Counted from the stretch's first letter, positions 44,881-57,515 are shown. The stretch: 64,000 bases of DNA from Terracidiphilus sp. (GCA_035534635.1 DATLRP010000040.1:27332-91331); one strand, 5' to 3'. Notes: generated by a model not told the origin, from the letters alone. Numbers and translations: made by a program.

Positions 44881-44941
44881 AAAATTAGGCCCTTCGGTTC
44901 GCCTCCTCTTCGCCTTGCCAGGAGAGCGATCCCGAAGGGCC
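44881..44941 (-). terminator. long hairpin + T-run downstream of the TonB receptor gene
   Basis: GGCCCTTCGG (44888-97) pairs with CCGAAGGGCC (44932-41), with inner CTCCT/AGGAG pairing. Minus-sense it is followed by TAATTTT. Confidence 0.45.
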
Positions 44942-44970
44942 CATCATCTACTGAATACTGACTACTGCTC

Positions 44971-47652
44971 TTAAAAATGCAGCGTCACCTTCGCCGTCAC
45001 CGCCCGCGGCGTCACATAATGCGTCCCGCTGAAGGTCGAAAGAAAGTTGTACAGCGCGTACTTGTTCGTCACGTTGATCGCCGTCAGGTCCAGGTCCACC
45101 TTGTAGTGCTCGGCCCGGAAGATGTTCTCCTGCCCCACGGTCACGTCGAACAGGTTTCTTGGCGCAATCCGCGGCGGGTTCTTGTCGTCGTTCTCCGTCC
45201 CCGGCGCGGGAATCCGCACCAGCGACGACGAGTACTCATTCGGCGCGCACGACGTGAATCCCTGCGTCAGCGTCGCCTTCACGCCGCCGCACGCAATCCC
45301 CGCCTCGAATTGCTCGTCGTTCGTCAGCCCGCTCAGGTCCACCGGCGTCGTCCGGTCCACGGCAAACGGCATCGCGCCCGCCACCAGTCCGGAGTCGTAG
45401 CGCCAGTTGCCGCCCGCCCACGGCCCGTGTCTGCCAATCTGGTATTGCAGGTGCGTGGACTGGTTGAACTTCTCGTCGTGGTCAATGCGGAACGGCAGTC
45501 CCGCCTGGCCCACCGTCGCGCCCGCGCCCGCCACCTGCGGCGGAAAGAACCGCGCCGCCACTGACGACATCACCGCGTAGGCGCTGAAGTTCCGCCACTG
45601 CGGCACCTCCACGTCCAGCGCGTATCCCGGAATCTTCGAGTTGTGCCAGTCGATCGGGAACGTGATCGGCGTATTGCCCAGCACCGAGAAATCGAACGCG
45701 TTGTGCGTGTACTTCCAGATGTACTCGCCGCTCACCACCACGTGCGGGCCCACCGCCTGCTGGAACCCCGCGTGAAACTCGTTGCGGAAGCCCGGCGCTT
45801 CGGCCGTCGACACTCCCGGCGTGCACAGCAGCAGCGGCGAAAGCACTGCATTCGAGCACCCTTCGCTCGAGAGCACCAGGTTCTCGTTGAACGGCGTCTC
45901 CAGCGTCCGCGCGTAGGAAATGCGCAGCACTGTCTTTGTCTGTTTCACGTTGTAGGCCACGCCCAGCCGCGGCTCGGCCTGCCGCGCCACTGTCAACCCG
46001 TTGTAAAGGTCGCCGCGAATCCCCAGGTTCAGGTCCCAGTTGCCGGCCTTGATCTCGTCCTCCACATAGAGCGCCAGCTCCTTCACATCCGCGTGGCCAA
46101 AGTAGGTGTAATAACTGCCGCCGCGCGTCATGTCATACGGCCCCAGCACCGGCAGATCATTCGGATTCGGCTCCGCGTCGCCCGCCGCGCAGTCGCTCGG
46201 GTCCGAGTACCCCGGCAGCGGATTCCCGTCCGCGTCCACGCACGGCGCGTTCAGCGTCGCATCCACCACGCCCAGCGCGTCATGCTCGCGCAGGAACGTC
46301 TGCTCATACTCCGCGCCTGCCTTCACGTCGTGGATCCCGCGCGTATACGTCAGGTCTGAGTGAATTCCAGTATTGAACAGCGTGCGGTCCTGCTCAATCG
46401 ACGAGGTCTGCAGGTTCGCCGGGCCCAGGTCCGCCAGCGCATTCGGGCTCGGATAGTAGTGATACAGATCCTTGCGCGCATAAAGACCCACATTCAGCAC
46501 CGCGTTCTGGCTCAGCACGCGCGTGTAAGTCGGCGCAAAGTTGAACGTGCCAATCTTTGACCGCTGGTCCGCGTTCCCCACGTTCGCAAACACCGGGCTT
46601 GCGCTCGTCCCGCCGCCCACCACGTTCTGCACGTTCAGGCTGTCGTAGGAGTTGGGCGTCTGGAACCACGACCGGCTGTAGTTCATGTCCACGTGCATTG
46701 AGCTGGCCGGATCAAACGTGTAGTCCACGCGGTCAAAGAAGTTCTCCTCGTTGCCCTTGTCGTGGAAGACGCTGAACTCCGGCGGATCCAGAAACCGCCC
46801 CGTGTTCAGCGCGTCCATCTCCACAAAGTTGCCCCAGTTCTTGCCGCCATAGGACAGGTCAAACCCACCCGCAATCGAACCGAACGCACCATACGACGTA
46901 TCAATGCTGCCCGTCGGCTTGGTCACGCCTTGGCCTGAGCGCGTGGTGGCCACAATCACCAGGCTTGTCTTGTCGCCATACTCGGCCGGCGGCGCGCCGG
47001 AGATCACCTGAATCGACTCAATCGCATTCGCCGGAAGCTGGTTTGAGAAGACTTTGCTCTGCTGGTCGGTAATCGGCTGCCCGTCCACTGAAAACGAGTT
47101 CGACGCGTGATCGCCCAGCCCGTGGAACAGCCCGTTTGAATCCGCTGAAACGCCCGGCGTGGAAACCGTCACCAGCGAGCTCAGCGACGAGGACGCGCTC
47201 TCCAGCGGCACTTTCTGGAACATATCGCGATCCAGGTCCACGTGCATGGTCGAGTCCGTCTCAATCAGGTCCCCAGACGCCTGCACCGTCACCGTCGATG
47301 CCGTCGACGCAATCGGCAGCACCAGCTTCAGCGTGGAACCCACCGCGGAGGAAAGCACAAAGTTCTGTCGCAGCGTCGAAAATCCCTTCGCCGTCACCGT
47401 CACCTGGTAGTTGTTGAACGGCACGTTGTCGAACTGGAATGAGCCGACCCCGTCCGAGCTGACCGAGCGGTTCAGTCCGCTCTCGGCATTGTTCAGCTGC
47501 ACGCTCGCACCCGGAATCACCGCGCCCGTTGGGTCGGTCACCGTCCCGCGCACCGGTCCCGTGTTGCCCGTCTGCGCCGCTGCTCCCGCAGCAACACCCA
47601 GCGTAAGAAAGAGAGAGAGAATACGAATCATCGTGCCGCGAAAAGTCGGCAT
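44971..47652 (-). CDS. TonB-dependent receptor with N-terminal CarboxypepD_reg domain
   Basis: Signal peptide. GTVTDPTGAVIPGASVQL..FQFDNVPFNNYQVTV. Plug (IESIQVISGAPPAEYG) and C-terminal beta-barrel ending ..VTLHF. GGAGG lies 6 nt upstream of ATG 47652. Confidence 0.9.
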   Translation of the reverse strand: MPTFRGTMIRILSLFLTLGVAAGAAAQTGNTGPVRGTVTDPTGAVIPGASVQLNNAESGLNRSVSSDGVGSFQFDNVPFNNYQVTVTAKGFSTLRQNFVLSSAVGSTLKLVLPIASTASTVTVQASGDLIETDSTMHVDLDRDMFQKVPLESASSSLSSLVTVSTPGVSADSNGLFHGLGDHASNSFSVDGQPITDQQSKVFSNQLPANAIESIQVISGAPPAEYGDKTSLVIVATTRSGQGVTKPTGSIDTSYGAFGSIAGGFDLSYGGKNWGNFVEMDALNTGRFLDPPEFSVFHDKGNEENFFDRVDYTFDPASSMHVDMNYSRSWFQTPNSYDSLNVQNVVGGGTSASPVFANVGNADQRSKIGTFNFAPTYTRVLSQNAVLNVGLYARKDLYHYYPSPNALADLGPANLQTSSIEQDRTLFNTGIHSDLTYTRGIHDVKAGAEYEQTFLREHDALGVVDATLNAPCVDADGNPLPGYSDPSDCAAGDAEPNPNDLPVLGPYDMTRGGSYYTYFGHADVKELALYVEDEIKAGNWDLNLGIRGDLYNGLTVARQAEPRLGVAYNVKQTKTVLRISYARTLETPFNENLVLSSEGCSNAVLSPLLLCTPGVSTAEAPGFRNEFHAGFQQAVGPHVVVSGEYIWKYTHNAFDFSVLGNTPITFPIDWHNSKIPGYALDVEVPQWRNFSAYAVMSSVAARFFPPQVAGAGATVGQAGLPFRIDHDEKFNQSTHLQYQIGRHGPWAGGNWRYDSGLVAGAMPFAVDRTTPVDLSGLTNDEQFEAGIACGGVKATLTQGFTSCAPNEYSSSLVRIPAPGTENDDKNPPRIAPRNLFDVTVGQENIFRAEHYKVDLDLTAINVTNKYALYNFLSTFSGTHYVTPRAVTAKVTLHF

Positions 47653-47953
47653 GGGGAACCTCCAATAGATGGCTGAAATGCGGAACACCGGCCGCGGGCT
47701 CGTGCCCGGGCAACGTCAGTGCGGTCCGTGCCTCCATGCGCTTCGCGCTTGCCGTTCAAGAAATGTCCGTGGCGGCCGGCTCAGCCGGCGGATACACCGC
47801 GCCCCGAGTTTTCGGCAATCGCTTGTGTGTCAGGAGGACGAACGCAATTCCAGAGTCACTGCATCTCGAAGCTGGTGCACGCAAGTTGACGCGACCATCA
47901 GGGAGCGGCGACCTTGCATGAAACCGCAAGGTCACAGCAGCGCAGGAATTGCC

Positions 47954-48271
47954 CTAGCAGCCCATCGGTGGAGGGCGTATGAAGAGCTGGGGATGCAGCT
48001 GGCGGCTTGCCGCCCGAACCCCAGGCACCGGAGCAGTCTGCGCCAGTTCCACCAGGATCAGCGCAACCATGGTCACCGCCGTCGGCACCACCGTGTGCAT
48101 GGTGATGCAAAGCTGGCAATGGTCGGCGTCCGTCGGGTTCGCGTGCGTGTGCACCGCCTGGGCCACCGCCAGCATTGCCAGCAGCGCCAGGCACAACAGC
48201 GCAATCGCCACCATTCCGCGGGATCGCGGGCCGTGGCGTTTGCCGTCGTGCGTCAGCCGGGAACGGAACAA
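47954..48271 (-). CDS. small membrane protein with His/Cys motif (DUF2946-like)
   Basis: A basic N-terminus and TM helix (VAIALLCLALLAMLAVAQA), then HTHANPTDADHCQLCITMH and a second TM helix. TTG 48271 has AGGAGA 7 nt upstream. An alternative ATG is at 48214. Confidence 0.45.
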   Translation of the reverse strand: MFRSRLTHDGKRHGPRSRGMVAIALLCLALLAMLAVAQAVHTHANPTDADHCQLCITMHTVVPTAVTMVALILVELAQTAPVPGVRAASRQLHPQLFIRPPPMGC

Positions 48272-48289
48272 GCAGAACTCTCCTGTGTA

Positions 48290-48295
48290 TAGAAT
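48290..48295 (+). promoter_or_regulatory. extended -10-like TGTGTATAGAAT in a divergent intergenic region
   Basis: Lies between the small His/Cys protein gene (-) and the secreted protein gene (+). Confidence 0.25.
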
Positions 48296-48391
48296 ACTCG
48301 CTTTTGCGCGCCAGGCCACTTCCCCCGTCCCGCATCCCGCAGCCCCGCCCGCCAACCAGCCGCCCCGCGCCGCGTCTAAAATTGAAGAACC

Positions 48392-49474
48392 ATGAGACTT
48401 CGGCCACTCGCGTTCGGCTTGCCCGCGCTGGCACTCCTTGCCTTCGGCGCATCCGTCGCGCGCGCACAAGCGGACTCTTCAACAAAGACTGTCTATCTCC
48501 CCGTGCCGCCGCAATCCCAATCCGATCAGCAGCAGCACGGAAAGCCGATTTCCATCAGTCCCGGCCTGCCCAATACCGGCTCCAACCATCGCCTCATCCT
48601 CAAAGATGGCACCTTCCAGATGTGCCGCAAGTACGAGATCGTCGGTGACCGCGTCCGCTATCTCTCCCAGGAGCGCGGCGACTGGGAAGAGATCCCCGCC
48701 AATCTCGTCGACTGGGACGCCACCCGCAAATGGGAGCAGAACCACGCTGGCCCTTATCAGCCCGACTCATCTGCCATGAAGGAAGCCTCAGAACTCGACA
48801 AGGAAGAAGCCGCCGAGCGCGCAGACGATCTGGCCCGCATGCCCATGGTCGCCAAAGGCCTCGAGTTGCCCGACCAGGAGGGCGTCTTCATCCTCGACAC
48901 CTTCCGCGGTACCCCCGAGCTCGTCCCCGTCGCATCCAGTGACCTCAATATGCACGGCCGCTCCCACCACGGCCTCAGCATGCTCAACCCGCTTGCTGGC
49001 GCGCGCACCGATCTTGAGCTCGATGGAGCCCACGCCCGCGTCCACCTCCACATCAATGACCCGGTGCTCTACATCTCGCTCGACACCGCCGACTCCATGG
49101 AGCCCGCCGGCGCGTACGCTCTCACCGTCAAGACCAGCAAAGACACCGTCGCCAACGGCCCCCACGGCGCGCACTCCGCATCGTCCGGCTTTGCCATCGT
49201 TCATGTGGACGAGCGCCGCGCCATCCGCCTCGTCGGCGGCATCCACGTCAACCCGCTCGGCAAGGTCACCCAAAGTGAAAACGTGATTTCCGCCACGGTC
49301 GAGCGCATGCCCGGCGGTCACTGGCTCAAAATCACGCCCCGGCAGAACCTGCTCATCGGCGAATACGCCCTGGTCGAAATCCTCTCGCCCACTGAGATCA
49401 ATCAAACCGTCTGGGACTTCCGCGTCGACCCCACCCTCGGCGACAACCCCGGCTCGCTCACGCCCATCCGGTAG
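48392..49474 (+). CDS. hypothetical secreted protein
   Basis: MRLRPLAFGLPALALLAFGASVARAQA signal peptide. Strong GC3 bias in this frame. Confidence 0.7.
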   Translation: MRLRPLAFGLPALALLAFGASVARAQADSSTKTVYLPVPPQSQSDQQQHGKPISISPGLPNTGSNHRLILKDGTFQMCRKYEIVGDRVRYLSQERGDWEEIPANLVDWDATRKWEQNHAGPYQPDSSAMKEASELDKEEAAERADDLARMPMVAKGLELPDQEGVFILDTFRGTPELVPVASSDLNMHGRSHHGLSMLNPLAGARTDLELDGAHARVHLHINDPVLYISLDTADSMEPAGAYALTVKTSKDTVANGPHGAHSASSGFAIVHVDERRAIRLVGGIHVNPLGKVTQSENVISATVERMPGGHWLKITPRQNLLIGEYALVEILSPTEINQTVWDFRVDPTLGDNPGSLTPIR

Positions 49475-49482
49475 CGCCGCGA

Positions 49483-50834
49483 CTACTCCCGCACCGCAAT
49501 CCCCAGCGCCTTCATCTTCCGGTAAAGGTGGCTCCGCTCCAGCCCCAGCAGCTCCGCCGCCCGGCTGATGTTGTTCCGTGCCTCTTCAATCTTCTTCAGA
49601 ATGTACTCCCGCTCGTAGGCGTCGCGCGCCTGCTGCAGCGTGGAGAAATCCTCCGTGCTGCCCCTGCCGGCCTTGTGTACCAGCGGCGGCAGGTGCTTGC
49701 GCTCAATGCGCAGCGCCCGCGGATTCAGAATCAGCACACGTTCAATCACATTCTTCAGCTCGCGCACATTCCCCGGCCAGTGGTAGTGTTCCAGCACCTC
49801 CAGTGCATCCTCGCCGATCTCCATCCGCGGCCGCCCATACTGCCTTCCGAACTCCGCCAGGAACTCTCGCGCCAGCGGCGGAATATCCTGTTTGCGCTCG
49901 CGCAGCGGCGGCACAAAAAATGGCACCACATTCAGCCGGTAGAACAGATCCTCGCGAAAATTCCCCTTCGCAATCTCCTCTTCCAGGTCCTTGTTCGTCG
50001 AGGCAATCAGCCGCACATCCACGCGCAGCGGCTGCGCGCCGCCCACCGGCGTAAACATCTGGTCGTCCAGCGCGGAAAGCACCTTCGCCTGCGTCTTCAG
50101 GCTCATGTCCCCCACTTCGTCCAGAAAAAGCGACCCTCCGTCGGCCCGCTCCAGCGTCCCGCGCTGCTCCGGCGGACCTCCCGGCCGAGCCCCGTGCCGG
50201 TACCCGAACAGCTCCGACTCAATGTGCGCCTCCGGAATCGCCGCGCAGTTCAACTCCACGAACACCCGGTCGCGCCGCAGGCTCTCGGCATGAATCGCGC
50301 GCGCAATCAGCTCCTTGCCGGTGCCCGACTCGCCGTAAATCAGCACTCTCCCGTTGGTCGGCGCCATTAGCCTGATCTGTTGCCGCAGCGCCTTCACCGG
50401 CACGCTCTCGCCCGTCAGCACTGAGTTCACGCTGAACTGCCGCTTGAACTCCAGGTTCTCCGTGCGCAGCCGCCGCGCCTCCACGGCGTTCTTCAGCACA
50501 ATCAGCGTCCGCTCCAGCGACAGTGGCTTCTCCAGAAAGTCGAACGCACCCAGCTTGGTCGCCTTCACCGCCGTCTCAATCTTGCCGTGGCCGCTGATGA
50601 TCACCACCTCCGGCCGCGAAGCCGCCGCCAGCGCATGAATCTCCGCCAGCACCTCCAGCCCGTCGCGGTCCGGAAGCCAGATGTCCAGCAGCACCACGTC
50701 ATACGGCGCGTCTTCCACCAGCACCATCGCCTCGGCCGCCGTTGCCGCCGAGGCCACCGCATAGCCTTCCTCGCGAAGAATCTCCTCGAGCGACCTGCGT
50801 ATCTCCGTCTCGTCGTCCACCACCAGAATGTGAT

Positions 50835-50838
<4 letters not shown>
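49483..50838 (-). CDS. NtrC-family response regulator (REC + AAA+ + Fis-HTH), NtrX-like with degenerate GAFTGA
   Basis: DIWLPDRDG receiver domain, GESGTGKE Walker A, and ESELFGYRHGARPGG in place of GAFTGA. C-terminal HTH ISRAAELLGLERSHLYRKM. ATGA overlap with the kinase gene. Confidence 0.9.
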
Positions 50839-53132
<2,294 letters not shown>

Positions 53133-53138
53133 GCCGCG

Positions 53139-53144
53139 ATTATA
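53139..53144 (-). promoter_or_regulatory. -10 box TATAAT, 6 nt before the ntrY-like ATG 53132
   Basis: Minus-sense CCTATAATCGCGGC-ATG. Confidence 0.4.
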
Positions 53145-53192
53145 GGCGCAGCCCACGCGCGCCGCGAACCAAAAACCCGCGTCAATCCCTGC

Positions 53193-54308
53193 TCAGTCCA
53201 GCACTTCGGCCGCCGCCGTCCACCCCCGCTGCTGGCTCTCCGCCACTCCCCGATGCGTCAGCGCGCCCATCCACGTGTTCAGCCCAGCGGCCAGCCCCGC
53301 GTCCTGCTTCAGCGCCTCGCGCGCGCCATGGTTCGCCAGCCGCATCAGATAAGGGAAGGTCGAATTCGTCAGCGCCAGCGTCGACGTGTGCGGCACCGCG
53401 CCCGGCATATTCGTCACGCAGTAGTGCACCACCCCGTCCACCACATAGCTCGGGTTCGAGTGCGAAGTCGGCCGCGCCGTCTCCACGCATCCGCCCTGGT
53501 CAATCGCCACGTCCACAATCACCGCGCCTTTCTTCATCTGCGCCACCATCCCGCGCGTCACCAGCTTCGGCGCCGTCGCCCCCGGAATCAGCACCCCGCC
53601 AATCACCAGGTCCGCCTCGCGCGTCGCGTTGGCAATGTTGTAGCTGTTGGAGGCAATCGTATACAGCCGCCCGCCGAAAATATCCTCCAGCTCGCGCAGC
53701 CGGTTCAGGTTCATGTCGATCAGCGTCGTCTTGGCCCCGAATCCCAGCGCAATCCGCGCCGCGTTCGTGCCCACAATCCCCCCGCCCAGGATTGTCACGT
53801 GCGCCGGCGGCACGCCCGGCACGCCGCCCAGCAGAATCCCCCGCCCGCCCCGCTCCCGCTCCAGATACGTCGCGCCCACCTGCACGCTCATTCGTCCCGC
53901 CACTTCGCTCATCGGCATCAGCAGCGGCAATCCGCCCCGCGCGTCGCGCACCGTCTCATAGGCAATCCCGATCACCTTCTCCGCCAGCAGCCTGTCCGTC
54001 AGCACCGGCACCGGCGCCAGGTGCAGATAGGTGAACAGCACCAGCCCTTCGCGAAAAAATGCGTACTCCTTCTCGATCGGCTCCTTCACCTTCACCACCA
54101 TCTCGGCTTTGCCCCACACATACCCGGCCTCGCCCACCATCTCCGCGCCTGCGTTCTGATACTCCTCGTCCTCAAAGCCTGACTGCGCGCCCGCCCGCGT
54201 CTCCACCAGAACCTTGTGCCCGGCCTCGGTCAGCGCCTTCACGCCCGCCGGCGTCACGCCCACGCGCGCCTCGTTGTCCTTGATCTCCCTGGGAACGCCG
54301 ATGATCAT
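53193..54308 (-). CDS. ald: alanine dehydrogenase
   Basis: MIIGVPREIKDNEARVGVTPAGV and ILGGGIVGTNAA. Full-length Ald pattern. GGAGGAG SD. Confidence 0.95.
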   Translation of the reverse strand: MIIGVPREIKDNEARVGVTPAGVKALTEAGHKVLVETRAGAQSGFEDEEYQNAGAEMVGEAGYVWGKAEMVVKVKEPIEKEYAFFREGLVLFTYLHLAPVPVLTDRLLAEKVIGIAYETVRDARGGLPLLMPMSEVAGRMSVQVGATYLERERGGRGILLGGVPGVPPAHVTILGGGIVGTNAARIALGFGAKTTLIDMNLNRLRELEDIFGGRLYTIASNSYNIANATREADLVIGGVLIPGATAPKLVTRGMVAQMKKGAVIVDVAIDQGGCVETARPTSHSNPSYVVDGVVHYCVTNMPGAVPHTSTLALTNSTFPYLMRLANHGAREALKQDAGLAAGLNTWMGALTHRGVAESQQRGWTAAAEVLD

Positions 54309-54479
54309 CGCTCGACTCCTCCGCGCATTTGGATGCGGACCGGGGCCCGCCGGACGCTGCCCCGGTTTCGGGCTCGCGCTGCCCGTAATCCTACTGCGCC
54401 GACCCTTGGCGACGCGCGCAGTCTTCCTCACCCCGCCGCAACACTTTCTTTGCACGCCCGCGCCCGTGCGTTACCCTGT

Positions 54480-54747
54480 CAGGGTCTGTTCATACTCCCC
54501 GAACGGCAGGCGTTGCGAGCGAAAATTGTCTCAGCCAAGGCGGAGGACGAAGACTTTGGTGATTCCAAGGCGAGGACGACAACGAAGGATGAGGCGATTT
54601 TCGCCGCAACCCGGAGGGACGAGGCCAATTTCCCCGATTTCGTCGTCGGTCGTCGCTTGCAGACACCAGGTATGCGTCGCTCCTCCCTTCTTGAACTGGA
54701 AGAAATCGGCTCTCGTCGCCGCCGTCCGCGGAGTATAAACAGACCCT
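54480..54747. repeat. 268-bp long imperfect palindrome / MITE-like element
   Basis: Ends AGGGTCTGTTCATACTCC (54481-54498) and GGAGTATAAACAGACCCT (54730-54747) pair at 17 of 18 positions. Inner blocks (e.g. GGAGGA 54542-47 / TCCTCC 54681-86) share the same centre near 54614. Confidence 0.6.
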
Positions 54748-54851
54748 AAGCACGCAAGACCGTTCGCGGTCCGGCAGCATCCCGCCGAGGCCCGGAAAAG
54801 CTTGTCCTTCCCCAATCGAACCTGCTGCACTGCCTTTTTCAAGGAGAGCCG

Positions 54852-57515
54852 ATGTCCCTGTCCAAGCCTTCCCTTTGCTTCTCTCTCGTCTTCGTCGTTG
54901 CCGCCGTCTTCGCCGCCGCGCAACCCGCCCCCGCTCAATCCACCGCCGCGCCCACCATTCCCACGCCCATCTCCGTCCTCGGCCACAATCCCGGCGACGA
55001 TTTCTACCTCGCCGACTACGAGGACACCCTCCGCTACTTCCACGCCCTAGCCGGCGCCTCTGATCGCATCAAGATGTTCACCGTTGGCACTTCCACCGAG
55101 GGCCGTCCCATCGAAATCGCCGTCATCTCCTCACCGGAAAACCTCGCCAAGCTTGACGAGTACAAACAAATCGCCGGCCGCCTGGCCCACGCTGAAAACC
55201 TCGACGACTCCCAGGCTCTCGCCCTCGCACGCACCTCCAAGGTCATCGTCCACATTGACGGCGGACTCCACTCCTCTGAGGTTGCCGGCCCGCAGCACAC
55301 CATGCTCATCGCTTACAAACTTCTCTCCGCCCACCATGACCCTGAAGTGGACGCCATCCTCAACAACGTCATCCTCGTTCTATGGCCCACCCTCAATCCT
55401 GACGGGCAGGACATGGTCGTCCATTGGTATCGCGGCAACGTCGGCACCAAATACGAAGTCAGTCCCATGCCCTGGCTCTATCAGAAGTACGTCGGCCACG
55501 ACAACAACCGCGACGGCTTCATGCTCAACATGAAGGAAGAGCAGGTCGTCACCAAGGAGGAGCTCGACTTCAGCCCTGAAATCTTCTACTGCCAGCACCA
55601 GACCGCGCCCTTCCCCGCGCGCATCTGGATTCCCCCGTTCTCTGATCCCATCTCCACCAACATCAATCCCATTGTGCGCAGTTGGCTCAACCTCATCGGC
55701 ACCAACATGACCGCCTATCTCGACGAGCACCACATGCCCGGCGCAGTCTCCGAATCCGAATTCGACAACTGGTACGCCGGATTTATGGACTGGGCCAGCG
55801 TCTTCCGCAATGAGATGTCCTTCTTCACTGAGACCGCCCTCTACCGATACGCCACTCCGCACTTTTACACCGTCAATGACTTCCCCAAGCCCTTCCGCGA
55901 CCTCCGCGCCCTCAGCATGTACTCCACGCCCTGGCAGGGCGGCTGGTGGCGGCTCAAGGACGCGGTCGATTACATGGTCGCCGCCGACATGTCCGTCCTC
56001 GACCTCGCCGCCAAAAACCGCCAGACCCTCCTCTATAACCGTTACCAGGCCGCCCGCGACAACATCGAGCTCTACAGCAAGGAGCCGCCCTTCGCTTACG
56101 TCATCAGTGACAAGCAGGCTGACACTCCTGAGGCTGCGCACCTCGCCGGGCTCATGATTGAAAACGGCCTCGACGTCTACACCGCGAAAAACGGCTTCGA
56201 CGCCAACGGCGTCCACTATCCCGCCGGTTCCTGGGTCATCCCCATGAACCAGCCCTTCGCGCCCATGGCCAAGGAGCTCTTCGAGCGCCAGCGCTACCCC
56301 ACTGAAATCGAGGAAGGCACCTCCAAGGCCGTTGACCTGCCTTACGACGTCACCGGCTGGACCCTCCCGCTGCAATTGGGCGTCCACGTCGACGCCGTCA
56401 CCGATCCCCTCACCGCAGCGCAGCGCGCCGCCCTCACCAAAATCGACAAGGTTGCCCTGCCCGCCACCAGCGTCGAAGGCGCGGGCCCGGTCTTCGCCGT
56501 CACCCATCGCGCCAACGCATCCTTTGAGCTTGTGAATGCCGCGCTCAACTCCGGGGCGCACGTTGCCGTCGCCCAGCAGCCCGTCAAAACCGACGAAGGC
56601 GAGGAGACCGGCGCGTTCCTGGTCAGCGGCGTCAGCCGCGCCTCCCTCGACTCGCTCGTCAAGCAGTACGGCGTCAACGCCGTTGCCATCAGCAACCCCG
56701 CGCACACGCTGCCCATCAAAAAAGCCCGCGTCGGACTCTATCGCCCCTGGGAGCCTTCCATCGACGAAGGCTGGACCCGCTGGATCCTCAAAACCTACGG
56801 CTTCCAGCCCATCAGCATTTACAACGCCGACATGCGCGCGGCCGACCTCCGCAGCCGCTTTGACGTCATCATCATTCCTGACATCTCCTCACGCCAGATG
56901 ATGGATGGCTTCGGCGTCGGCGTCGTGCCCGGCCAGTACGCCGGCGGCATCGGCCGCGAAGGTCTCGACAACCTCCGCCAGTTCGCCCGCGAAGGCGGCA
57001 CGCTTCTCGCCTTCAACGACTCCGCCAAAGCGCTCATCCCTCTTCTCTCGCTCCCGGTCAAAGACGTCCTCAAGGGTCTGGGCTCCGACAAGTTCTTCTG
57101 CTCCGGCGCGCTGCTGCGCGTCAACACTCAGAACGCCGATCTGCCTGATAACTTCGGCGCGCCCGATTCGCCCGTCGTCGTCTTCCAGAACGGTTCGGCC
57201 TTCGTGCCCCAGCCCGGCTTCCGCGGCGTCATCCTCGCCAGCTATCCCAGCCAGACCAACCCGCTCGAAAGCGGCCTGCTCCTGCACCCGGAAGCCATCG
57301 AGGGCAAAGCGGCCAGCGTCGAGCTCGAGTACGGCGCGGGCCGCATCGTCCTCTTTGGATATCGCCCGCAGTTCCGCGGCCAGTCCCACGCCACCTATAA
57401 ATACCTCTTCAACGAGCTCTACCTCTTCGCCCACCCGCCGCTGCCGCTGCTCAAACCCTCCCCACCGGCCAAATCGGAATCCGCCGAGGCCGTCCCTCCC
57501 GGATCAGGAAAATGA
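54852..57515 (+). CDS. M14-family metallocarboxypeptidase-like protein, secreted
   Basis: Signal peptide. GTSTEGRPIEIAVIS, VHIDGGLHSSE (HxxE zinc motif), and LNPDGQD. AAGGAGA SD. Confidence 0.85.
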   Translation: MSLSKPSLCFSLVFVVAAVFAAAQPAPAQSTAAPTIPTPISVLGHNPGDDFYLADYEDTLRYFHALAGASDRIKMFTVGTSTEGRPIEIAVISSPENLAKLDEYKQIAGRLAHAENLDDSQALALARTSKVIVHIDGGLHSSEVAGPQHTMLIAYKLLSAHHDPEVDAILNNVILVLWPTLNPDGQDMVVHWYRGNVGTKYEVSPMPWLYQKYVGHDNNRDGFMLNMKEEQVVTKEELDFSPEIFYCQHQTAPFPARIWIPPFSDPISTNINPIVRSWLNLIGTNMTAYLDEHHMPGAVSESEFDNWYAGFMDWASVFRNEMSFFTETALYRYATPHFYTVNDFPKPFRDLRALSMYSTPWQGGWWRLKDAVDYMVAADMSVLDLAAKNRQTLLYNRYQAARDNIELYSKEPPFAYVISDKQADTPEAAHLAGLMIENGLDVYTAKNGFDANGVHYPAGSWVIPMNQPFAPMAKELFERQRYPTEIEEGTSKAVDLPYDVTGWTLPLQLGVHVDAVTDPLTAAQRAALTKIDKVALPATSVEGAGPVFAVTHRANASFELVNAALNSGAHVAVAQQPVKTDEGEETGAFLVSGVSRASLDSLVKQYGVNAVAISNPAHTLPIKKARVGLYRPWEPSIDEGWTRWILKTYGFQPISIYNADMRAADLRSRFDVIIIPDISSRQMMDGFGVGVVPGQYAGGIGREGLDNLRQFAREGGTLLAFNDSAKALIPLLSLPVKDVLKGLGSDKFFCSGALLRVNTQNADLPDNFGAPDSPVVVFQNGSAFVPQPGFRGVILASYPSQTNPLESGLLLHPEAIEGKAASVELEYGAGRIVLFGYRPQFRGQSHATYKYLFNELYLFAHPPLPLLKPSPPAKSESAEAVPPGSGK

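Noticed and set aside
47689-47953. Possible riboswitch (e.g. cobalamin or TPP) in the long spacer upstream of the TonB receptor.
   Set aside because: I could not find the conserved cores (B12 box, TPP CUGAGA/ACCUGA) on the receptor-sense strand. The only B12-box-like string (GTCAGGAGGAC) is on the wrong strand.
55380-56705. 441-aa minus-strand ORF inside the M14 peptidase gene, and similarly 61644..62885(-) inside mreC and 57607..58521(-).
   Set aside because: The translations are low-complexity and Gly/Asp/Val/Glu-rich. The plus-strand frames have a signal peptide, zinc motif and MreC features, along with strong GC3 bias.
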